Below, one piece after another: positions 53,760-64,000 of a DNA stretch of 64,000 nt. Made by a program: the position numbers and the translations under genes. The stretch is from assembly GCF_009914755.1 (NCBI RefSeq), contig NC_060931.1; one strand, 5' to 3'. The notes under the pieces are model-generated. The model worked only from the letters and a program-made list of their open reading frames with translations, was not told where the DNA came from and did not search any database. Source of the DNA: the human T2T-CHM13v2.0 reference genome, Homo sapiens. Each line of letters starts with the position of its first letter. Within the stretch, counting starts at the first letter, position 1.

Positions 53760-54735
53760 AAGAAATCCATGTGCACAGATTGGACTTCTCCCTTGGGCCG
53801 CGGAGATGTTCCCAACTGTCTCCCGGACATTTCCAGCTCAGAGTCAACAGATGATTGGAGAGTTATCTCATCTGCTACATATTTACTTAGTCACATCTCC
53901 TAACTGCTCCAATCACCCAAGAGCAAAATCTAAGTGTCTGCCTTAATAGTTCTTATCAATGCATCACCATTCACAGATGTGCATGCACTTATACATACAC
54001 TCCTTCAATCCATCCTACGTGGTGTTGATTGTATCTCCAATACATTCTTCATAACCCTTCTTTCTTCTCTGCCTTCTACAGTCCCTATCCTGGACAAGAC
54101 ACTAATAATTTCTGAGGGGTATAATTTTAATACATTATTCTCTGAACTCCCTACTGACAATTCATGTTCTTCACATTGCAAATAAAGTTCTCGCTCTCTA
54201 AAATGGCAGTTGATTATGTTACTCTCTTTGTATTTGTTTTATTATTATTAATTTCAATCTTCTAAAGTCCCCCCACTGCTTATACTATAGCAGCCAAATT
54301 CTCACAGCCCAGAGCTTGGCTTTCTACATTCTGCTCCTGGCAAGCTCAAGCTCTGCAGTTCCGTCTCCTTCTGTTTTCCCGTGGCTTCCCAGGCTGCTGT
54401 TCAGTCTTCCTGGAGTCACTCCTGATTGTCTTGTGGTTGCTTGCAGCCTCCTTCTCTGTGCACATGGCATTTTCTGTGCCAGAAACACTGCTAATCTATT
54501 ATGAGCCTGGTCAGTTTCTGCTTATTCTTCAAGTTCCCTCTCAAGGGGACACTTCTGTAAGTCTTCTTTCAGCATCCTGAGTGGAATTGATTACCACCTG
54601 CTTCATGTGTCTTATGACCTTATGGAATCCCTCTCACAGTCCTTTTTCATTGTAATGTCCATCTGCTCCAAACAGACCGTGCTCTTCAACAGTGAGGACT
54701 AGGATATACTCCATAACCTAGCCCCACACCTGCAG
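53760..54735 (+). mobile_element. L2 fragments
   Basis: 'tcacatctcctaactgctcc', 'cttattcttcaagttccctctcaag'. Confidence 0.5.
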
Positions 54736-54742
54736 GAATAGA

Positions 54743-54970
54743 TGTCTTAGTTTAGATTCTACCTAAAAGTAGATCCTGAAGCAAGATCTTAAGTGCAAGA
54801 GGTTCCGTTTGGAGGTGATTCCCCAAGAAGCACAAGAGAGAGAATAGGGAGGTGAGGCATGGGAGGAAGGAAAGCTGTAAAGGCTACTAATCAGTGGGTC
54901 ATCCCTCCAGGCAACTGGGATTCAACTGGACAGGGTGCACCTGAAGAATCATATAGAACATTCCTCATAA
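54743..54970 (-). mobile_element. LTR16 (ERVL) fragment
   Basis: 'tgtcttagtttagattc...aagtgcaagagg...tttggaggtgattcc...ggcaactggg'. Confidence 0.65.
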
Positions 54971-55176
54971 TACACTAAATCTTATTTTGTCACATCTTAT
55001 AAATTTATCTTTTGAAGTCAGTCCAAATGAGAGTGGTCTTCAATTCTACATGACCTCTATTTAGATACTGGAAAATAGCGAATGCGCTCTCCCTTTAACC
55101 CTAACATTGTCCACAGCTTTGACAGTCACAAACTCTTCATCATAGGGTCTCACTTTTACAAACTCATTCCATTTTA

Positions 55177-55641
<465 letters not shown>

Positions 55642-56422
55642 CTATTACTGTGCTTCACAAGAATTCTTGAGAATCTATTCAGTTTAGCCCAGGCACTGTG
55701 CCTGGAGTTAGAGAAACAGACACAGACTGAACAAGGGCAGGGCCTGTGAGGTGCTCACACCACGGCAGGAGTCCAGATGTGTCCAGGGTCAGAAAAATGC
55801 TTAAGGGAAAGGCTCAGCTGCAGACATGGACAGAGTGTGTCTAGAGACTGAACATGCAGCATAGTCACGTGAGACTTTCCCACTGGCATCTAACTTAATG
55901 GAATGTTATGCGTCAGTGTTATGGAATTGCACATGAGCCAAGAGAAAAAACATCCCAAAGATTTTGGTTTTAAGTATTCAGAATATGTGTTTTGCTTACC
56001 AAGCCAAGCTATGCTTAACCATGGTATCTAGAAAGGATTTGTTGATTTCTAGATATTCAGTGATTCCATTATTTAATATAAAGGAGCTAATAATAATAAA
56101 ATAGCTAATTCTTAATGGGAGAAGTATGTAAAAGAAAAATGTGAAATAATTTGCATCAATATCATTAACTTAAAAGATAAAATTATTGAAACATTTATTT
56201 TTCTTAGTTATATAATATTTGAGTTTTGTTTAAAGAGCATGTATTATCTTTATAAATCAAGAAAAATACAGTAAAAAGTAGAAAAACAGAAAATTCAAAG
56301 ACATAAAGAGACTCACAATGGTGACTCGCAGGGGAAGGCAGAGAAGCACAAATAAAATATTTATTATTATATCTCACATCTTGAGTGTTCATTGTAACTA
56401 TTGTGTTAATTGGTACTCTCCC

Positions 56423-57086
56423 TGTAAACACCCCACGAGTTCTTACTGCCTGTTGCACAAACAACTCCAATTGACTAAGACCACAGCACTTCGATAAAGA
56501 GTTTAATTGACATGAGGCCAGCCATGCCACCTGGAAGACAAAGTTATTACTCAAATCAACTCCCCCAAAACTTGGGGGCTAGGGTTTTTCCAGAATAGTT
56601 TGGCGGGCAAGGGAATGGGGGTGTGGATAGTGGTTCTCTTCTGGGTGGGGCCACAGGATGGCTGGTGGGTCCAGGTGGAGCCATCATCATTAGAAATGCA
56701 AAAACCTGAAAAGACATCTCAAAGGCTAATCTTCAGTTCCATAATAATGATGTTATCTGCAGGAGTAATTAGTGAAATTTCATATCTTGTGACATCCGGA
56801 ATAATGGCTGGTAATTGTTTTTAAGTCTATACCTTGGCAGAATTCAGGCTTCTCATCCATCTAACCTGATGGTTTTTCACTAGCTTTACAAAGTCAGTTT
56901 AGTTTTGGGGAAGGACTATTATTATTATTTAAACTATAAACTAAATGTCTCCCAAAGTTATCTTGGCCTAAACCCAGGAATGATTAAGGGTAGTTAAGAG
57001 GTTAAAGGCAAGACAGTTTTGCTAGATCAGATCTCTTTCACTGTCATAATTTTCTCACTGTTCTAATTTTGGCAAAGGTAGTTTCA
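56423..57086 (-). mobile_element. LTR8-family (LTR8B-like) solo LTR
   Basis: antisense start 'tgaaactacctttgccaaaatt'; perfect TSD tccc. Confidence 0.85.
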
Positions 57087-57127
57087 TCCCAGGAGCTTTA
57101 AAAGTGCTCACAGAAGTGTGTTGGGAC

Positions 57128-57711
57128 TGTAGGAAAGTTTAAATTTTCCCGTTGAAGTCTGGATAATTTGAATATATAAAACAAACTGATAATAGACAAA
57201 TTAATAGGAAAAATGGCATGCAAATATATTACATGCACATGTGTAAATGGAAGTCATAAAAAATAAGAAAACTCAAAGAAAGGACCAGATGGTACAAGTT
57301 TCATCCATCCTGAGGTTACAGAAAGAAGAGGGGCTTGGAATAGGGCAAGACAGGTTATGGGAAAGGGAATAAAGGAAAAGTGTAGGGCAAAAGCAGTTGG
57401 AAACTTCACGCAGATGAAACCCCAGGTAGCAGCCCTCAGAGAGAGTAGATGGTAATCAGTGGTAATGGTTTTCATCAGACCATTAAGGGTATCAGACTCT
57501 CAGTTAATCTTTTCTAGATCCAGACACAGGGGCCTCCAGAGAAAGCCTACTTGCATCCATTGTTTATTTCACTTTATTTCCTCTACTGAGGAAATTTCCC
57601 CCACAAAAGACAGCTTTGCAAGGCTACTTTTATCTGCAGGACCTCTGAACAGCCATCTCAAAATATGTCAAAGAAGTATATTTTGGGGTTAAATAGTTTT
57701 GGTTTCCTTTA
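57128..57711 (-). mobile_element. MER4-group ERV1 solo LTR (LTR48/49/MER72-like)
   Basis: antisense start 'aaggaaaccaaaactatttaaccccaaaatatacttctttgacatattttgagatggctg'; perfect TSD ggac. Confidence 0.8.
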
Positions 57712-58204
57712 GGACCATTAGAAACTCCTAGACTAGTCGTAGTAGCAGTAATAATAATAATAGTTACTAACTTACAGAGAAGTTTGCTTGATCTTTGCAG
57801 ATATGGGAATTGTAGCCAAATATTATTCTTGATACTTTATGAAAAGGCAAAAATTGCCCTAGAATGAGTGTAATAAGATGTTAAAATGGAACTTCTGGCT
57901 GAAATATAAAGATATCAATTTCCAAAGTAATGTGTTAGACAAGATTTACAAAACATGTGGCCAAAAACTGGTTAGAATGGCTTTAATGAAGAGGTTGGTG
58001 GGGCAAAAAATAAACAAATAAAAGTGTGTGTATGCACTCTTGTGCTCCACACCCATAGAGAAAAGTTAAAGAAACAAAATTGAGCTTTTATAATAAAATC
58101 CGAATTAGCATGCTCTATGGGAGAGGGTTGATTTGCAGCCATGAGAGTCAGCATAGATTGTATTGATCTTGCCTTCTTGGCCTGGCAAAAGTCCTCAGTT
58201 TGCA

Positions 58205-58623
58205 TGTTAAAAGAAAAACTTTGAATACATTAAATTTAACAGAGTTTAATTGAATAAAGAACTATTATCAAATTGGGCAGCTCCTAGAACTAGAATAGGT
58301 TCAGAGAGTCTCCAGGGCTGCCAAGTGATCAGATAACATTTATGGACAGAAAAAGGAAAGTGACGTATAGAAAATGGAAGTGAGGTACAGAAACAGCTGG
58401 ACTAGTGACAGCTTGGAATTTGCCTTATTTGAGCATGGTTTGAAAAATTGGCCAACTGTGAGTGGATGCAATGCAGCCACTGTGATTGTGACTTGGCTAT
58501 TTTTTAAGATAGTAGATTCTAGTCTATTTATATATCTAGTTAGGTGTAACCATGTATGGAGAAACCTTTAGCCTGAACTTCAAATGTGTAAAAAGACGGC
58601 GTTAGGATAAATTTAATTTAACA
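58205..58623 (-). mobile_element. MER57B-like solo LTR
   Basis: 'tgttaaaagaaaaact...ggaagtgaggtacagaaacagctgg...tttaatttaaca'. Confidence 0.85.
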
Positions 58624-58641
58624 GTATGTCTGCTCTCCGAT

Positions 58642-59292
58642 TGTTACTGGAAAGGAGTCCTAATCCAGACCCCAAGAGAAGGTTCTAGGATCTTATGTAA
58701 GAAAGAATTTGGGGCAACTCCACAGAATAAGTTGAAAGCAAGTTTATTAGAGAAGTAAAGAAAGAACAGAATGGCTACTCTATAGGCAGAGCAGCCTTGA
58801 GGGCTTTGGGCTGGCTATTTTAAGGCTTATTTCTTGCTCATATGCTAAAAGAAGCATGAATTATTCATGAGGAAATAGGCAGTTTCTGGGAAAAAGGTAG
58901 GGAATTCCCAGAGTGGAGGGCATCTCTTCCTTTTAGACCATATAGGTTAACTTCTGGGCATTACCATGGCATTTGTAAATTGTCATGGCACTGCTGGGAG
59001 TGTCTCTTAGCATGCTAATGTATTATAATTAGCATATAATGAGCAGTGAGGAAGACCAGAAGTCACTTTTGTCACCATCTTGGCTTCAGAGAGCGTTAGC
59101 AACTTCTGTACTGCATCTTGTTTTATCAGTGGGGTCTTTATGACCTCTAATTTGTGCCAGTCTTCTAGCCTTCTATCTCATCCTGTGGCTAAGAATGTCA
59201 AACTTCCTGGGAATGCAGCCCAGTAGGCCTCAGCATAATTTTACCCAGCCCCTTTTCAATATGGGATCTCTCTAATTTGAATACCTCTGACA
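58642..59292 (-). mobile_element. MER41B-like solo LTR
   Basis: 'tgttactggaaaggagtcctaatccagaccccaagaga...cctctgaca', including the B-type insert that carries GAS sites. Confidence 0.88.
58884..58892. promoter_or_regulatory. GAS/STAT motif TTCTGGGAA in MER41B
   Basis: matches TTCN3GAA; the second tandem site is degenerate (TTCCCAGAG, 58905-13). Confidence 0.45.
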
Positions 59293-59299
59293 AGATCAG

Positions 59300-59836
59300 A
59301 TGTGTATTAAGTATGTATTTTATTTTTTATGATCTGTTACCTTGACTTCTGCGGCCTTGCTGACCCTTAAGGATAGCTAATTCCTAAAGATAGATAACAG
59401 CTTGCCCAGGAACACACTTTCAAATACAAATCTGTCAATCCAAACCCACACTTTTAGGCACCTCCACTGTGGGGCTCTCACAGTCAGGGCTACTGTCCAC
59501 CTGCCCTGTTCACTCCAGGACCAAGTACCACACAACTAGGGACAGCTCCTTTGCTCCAGAGTCTGGAAATGATTCAAACTAGCCTATCCTAAGCCTGCTT
59601 CATTGGCATTGCCTAATTGTTCCTGCAGAAACCACAGCAAAGGCTGTACCCATGTGGGCCTTCTCTCCCTCTGCCTCCTAACTCACCCTGGTATTGCCCT
59701 GCAGGTCCCTGCATGGAGTGTGGTGCCTCTCCTCATGGGAACTGGGTAACAAACTATCTTTTCAATGGTAATTATCTCCTGATCTGTTGGCTTCACTATA
59801 CTTCACTTTTCTATTAATACAGTATATTTTAGAGCA
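59300..59836 (+). mobile_element. MER74 (ERVL) solo LTR
   Basis: 'ccacacaactagggacagc...gattcaaactagcctatcctaagcctgctt'. Confidence 0.8.
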
Positions 59837-60204
59837 GATAGAAAATGGACCATGTGCCATTGAAGTCCACTGAGCTGAATTACTCCTTCACCCAACACGT
59901 TTGGATCTCTAAACCAAGAGAGGTGAAGTGAAGCACCTACAAAGTAAAGAAACCCTCAAATACACATGCACTATAAGATAATGTTTAAAAGTTAATGTGG
60001 TTATCTTAGTAAGGCCCAGGATTGAAGATAACTATATTTTTTTCTAAGTAGTAACCATATATTGGTGTAGTATTCTTGATATTCATTCATTCTTTTTATA
60101 ATTTCAGAAATTTATAGTCATCTGTCTTGAAAACTCAGTTTCCCATTTTGAGATGTTTTCATTTTCCAGATTTTTCACCCACTATTCACTGTCATTTCAC
60201 AGAA

Positions 60205-60494
60205 CTTTCTTTCTGAGACAGAGTCTTGCTCTGTTGCCCAGGCTGGAGTGCAATGGCACCATCTCAGCTCACTTCAACCCTGCTTCCCGGGTTCATGCCA
60301 TTCTTCTGCCTCAGCCTCCTGAGTAGCTGGAAGTACAGGTGCCTGCCATCACGCCTGGCTAATTTTTTGTATTTTTAGTAGAGATGGGGTTTCACGGTGT
60401 TAGCTAGGATGGTCTCGATCTCCTGACCTCGTCATCTGCCTGCCTCGGCCTCTCAAAGTGCTGGGATTACAGGCGTGAGCCACTGCGCCTGGCT
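60205..60494 (-). mobile_element. AluY-like
   Basis: antisense dimer; TSD tgtcatttcacagaa (60190-204 / 60495-509). Confidence 0.93.
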
Positions 60495-60530
60495 TGTCAT
60501 TTCACAGAAATTTCTGGAATGCCATGGCAA

Positions 60531-61227
60531 TGTAGCAGTCTCATTGTCTGAGGTATTACCTGCAGCTCTTTGTCTCACAACCAAGAAAATTAAGGAGCAT
60601 GGCCATCAAGGGTGAGGTTGGGACAAAAGTTTAATGAGTGGAAGAAGAAAGCTCTCTACTGAGGAGAGGAGGCCTGAAAGAGAGTTGCTGTTTCACAGTA
60701 GAATACACAGGCTTTTTATGAACAGGCTAGTCAGGTGGGGTGTTTTATTAGCATAAGGTGCAAAAAAACAGTTAGGGCTGGGTTTCTTATTTGGATAAGG
60801 CATACATTTTTGGCAGCTCCACCCCATGCCTCTAGTGCACATGTGGGCCCTTGGCCTGAGTCACTCCATATTGTTTTCTTTCCCTTACTGCACGTGTATT
60901 GGAAGAGGAAAATTTTCACTGTGCACGTGTCTGGTTCTGTGTAAGTCTTCTTATCTGTGCAGCTGCAGGCATGTCTTAGGCAAGCCCCATGTGTAAGTTC
61001 TTTTATCTGAGCATGTCCATAAAAGGAAAGAGATGTACTCACTGAAGCCCACTGCGTGTATGTGAGATGTGCTGATTACAATAGACAAAAATGCTTTATG
61101 TTGGACCTTGCTTCCTTATCTATGCTTGCAGCTTGAGTTGTCAGGCTGCTCTTTCATTAGAAAGAATTATGTCAAGCACTTTGCTCTAAACATCTGCCTA
61201 ACTGGTTTCTTACTTTCTCCCCTCTTA
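60531..61227 (-). mobile_element. 3' LTR of an ERV1 provirus, MER50-family
   Basis: antisense start 'agaggggagaaagtaagaaaccagttaggcag', end 'gagactgctaca'; preceded by the polypurine tract gaagggggaaa (61228-38). Confidence 0.8.
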
Positions 61228-61261
61228 TTTCCCCCTTCATGAGTGGAGACCTAGACTGCTG

Positions 61262-62889
61262 TTAGGGAGGTTGGGTGACAATCTTTCTGGCTACTTCCTG
61301 TTGGAGAGGGATGTTGTGCAGGGAAAGTAGCCAGGGTTCCTCCTGGGATCGATTGAAGAGTCTTTGGATGAAAGGTGTCTCCATTTTGGGCTTCATTTGT
61401 AGAAGCATCTGGAGTTTCATAGTCTCTAGGCAGGAAGACGTAAGTTTTGTAAGAAGATTTAGAACATAGGGCCTGAATATGAGTATTAAGATCATCGCTA
61501 TTAATGGAGGTATTGTTGGCCATAGCCATGACAGTAAGGTTTGTTTGGTAGCTGCCAGCCATTCTGATGGGTTGGATTTCTGTAGATGAGTTATAATATT
61601 GGTTGCTTGTACTAGATGTTGCTGTACCCTGCCAGAGGAGTTAATGCAAAAACAATGTTCTTCTTTGAGAAAAACACATATTCCTCCTTGATTTGCTGTA
61701 AGGAGATCTAATCCTCTACAATTTTGTAAGGTAACACCTGCAAGTGAATCTAATTGTTGTTGTAGTTTGTGAATGGCAGCCATTATTTCAGCTAGGACCT
61801 GAGTTTGTTGGGAGGATAGATGAAGAGAGGTGGACCCAAGAGTGGTCCCCAGAAGTTCAGACACAACAGCAGCTAAAGGAAGAAATACTGTGGGGTTTGC
61901 TGTCTTTATCATGGCATAGATATGTTTTATAAGAAACAGGAATGCTGCAATGGCATTGACATAAGACAATTCTGGAAGTATTGCAACAATGCCACAAGTT
62001 CCCTTCCATTGGCTTCAAAGACTCATATATCCTGAGTCTCCACATATGAAGTATTGCCCTTGTTTGGGGTCTAAAGATACCTCATACCCTGAAGAGGCTA
62101 GTTCCAAAGGGGGATTTTGTGAGCTCCCAGAGGTTCCAGTGAGTCTTTCCCATATAAGAGACCCATCTGCAGCCAGTTGTGCCTGGAGGTTGGAATGAAA
62201 AGCTGAGTCAGGGTAAAATTTTAAAAACATCTTTTGTAACCCCTAGCCAACATTTGAGCTAAGGGCAAAGATGAGTTATTTATTAATATTGTGGAGCAGC
62301 CTGTGGAAATATTTAAAGTGGTCTCATTGCTGGTATACTGAGGTCTTCTTGGGTTTGGATATTTAATGAGAAGGAATTGGTGGTGTTTTTCTGGTTTGAG
62401 GTATAAATTGATTTTTTTTCTGAGGAATTACAAGGTATTTCTTGAGGTGTCTAAGAAAAACTTCATATGAAAAGTTGGATAAAGTTTCCAAGAAAATTCC
62501 TTTTTTCCACTGATATGTGAAGCGGAGAGGGAACTGGCTTCTTGAAGTTACATTGTGAAAAACCCTCACAGGGTTTGGGGTTCATATAAAATTTAGGTTG
62601 GGACATCCCTTATGACTTGTGATAGTACTGTAAGAAGTAGCTTTTCTGTAGTTGGATTGGGATATGTTACTTCTAATTGGATGGTTATGGTGACCCTGGT
62701 ATGAACTTTGGCTAAATCATCTAATGATAATGGTAGTACTTCAGCCAATAGTGATTCCAAAGTTCAAATGTAGCAAGAGGTTAAGTTGGTTTCTGAGGCC
62801 AAGTGTTGTAGCTGTTGTATAATGGTGCATAGTGGACCAAACCATCTTATTAGGAAGGGGAAAAAGTACTTCAGTGACAAAATCTTCAT
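61262..62889 (-). pseudogene. env: ERV env: SU disrupted, TM subunit open (61262-61969)
   Basis: ATG 62889 MKILSLKYFFPFLIRWF...NLTSCYI* (CxxC site); TM with ISD LQNCRGLDLLTANQGGI, C-x6-HC, membrane helix, cytoplasmic tail. Confidence 0.9.
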
Positions 62890-63285
62890 GTTTGTCTTTT
62901 ATTGGCAACTACTATCCCTGCTATGAGGAAAATACCTAAGCAAAATATTAGAGCAATTAAGGTTCGTTGTCTGGTACTCCACTCAGAAGGTGCTACACAG
63001 TGGATAACCCTACTGCAATAAGTAGAATGAACAAAACAATACCTGTAAGTATGGTACAGTGAATGACTTCCATCTGAGGTTTTATCCATTAAAGTTTTAG
63101 ATTTCCCTCTGTGGGTCTACGAAGTTACAAACTTGGTCCCATGGATAATCAAAGTCTCTCTGTAAATATGCATCAAAAAGAAGTTGTAATTCTTGATGGC
63201 AGATTTTTAACAGAAACATGGAAATAGATGATAGAGTTTGGTTGGGTAAATGTGGGATTGAGCTGGACAAGTTGTCCTCATTCAT
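62886..63285 (-). other. two small ORFs (62 aa, 67 aa) between pol and env
   Basis: 63285-63097 starts right after the pol TAG; 63089-62886 ends in a hydrophobic helix and its TGA overlaps the env ATG. Confidence 0.35.
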
Positions 63286-64000
63286 CTACTTATCTTTTGT
63301 AATTTTCAGTTTAAGGCCCCCGACTTTTTCCACATTGATATCTGGGTTGCTTTTCTGGGCTGTTAGGGGTTGCTCCCTCTGCTTTCCAAGCTTTGACTTA
63401 AGTGTGATTAATCCAGGAGTTGATTCCTGCAATTTTACCACTGAGGGGGTGGAGAGGAGAACAGTGTAAAGTCCCTCCCAATTGGGGCCTAGAGATGGAG
63501 AAAGTGAGGGGAGAGCATTCACCAGTACTAAGTCTTCTGGATTAAATAAAGGTGGTCCTATTTTCTGGGGTTGAGCTTTTGTTGGCTGTGTTAATTCTTG
63601 TTGGAAGTGAGCCAGCAAGTTACATGTTTAACTAACTCAGAAGTTTCTTGGTCTAATAAAAGGTTATTGGTGAGGAAAGGCCACCCATACATAATTTCTA
63701 ATGGGCTTAAAACTAACTTTGAACAGGTGTTCCTTATCCTTAGTGAAGCTATAGGAAGAAGGGTAACCCAAGGCAGGTGAGTTACTTTGGAACATTTTCT
63801 GAGGTGTCTTTTGATAATATCATTTGTTTTCTCTGCCTTTCCTGAGGATTGTGGTTTCCAGGTACAATGAAGTTGGTTCTGTATGCCTAGCACTTTTGAG
63901 ACCCCCTGTGTAATAGCCACTTTAAATGAGAGGCCATTGTCACATTGGACATAATTGGGGAATCCAAAACAAGGAATTATTTCATTAATTATTACTTTTA
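63286..64000 (-). pseudogene. pol: ERV pol integrase core and C-terminus (frameshifted), running off the window
   Basis: HCTWKPQSSGKAEKTN core motif; LGPNWEGLYTVLLSTP (GPY/F module). Confidence 0.92.

Overview
Primate (human-like) AT-rich, repeat-dominated DNA. I see no host protein-coding exon, RNA gene or CpG island. Most of the window is transposon debris: L1 fragments of many ages (three with twin-priming 5' inversions), Alu/FLAM, MIR/L2, a MER6 DNA transposon, a full-length THE1A element, about 17 solo LTRs (several nested), and the 3' part of a MER50/HERV-FRD-group provirus at the right end. Three observations stand out. (1) A heavily decayed Ty3/Gypsy retroelement is recognisable only at protein-motif level. 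Its Gag, zinc knuckle and protease lie on the + strand (10.6-13.4 kb, 17.4 kb) while RNase H-integrase lies on the - strand (18.4-19.5 kb), interleaved with two collinear halves of one L1, which implies an old complex inversion. (2) The MER50 provirus has a stop-free Env TM-subunit ORF and two small ORFs between pol and env, butted against the pol stop (TAG-ATG) and the env start (ATGA overlap). (3) An old ~470-bp L2-derived segment is duplicated 7.36 kb apart. Subfamily names come from remembered consensus sequences, not a database run. Boundaries without a stated TSD are approximate.
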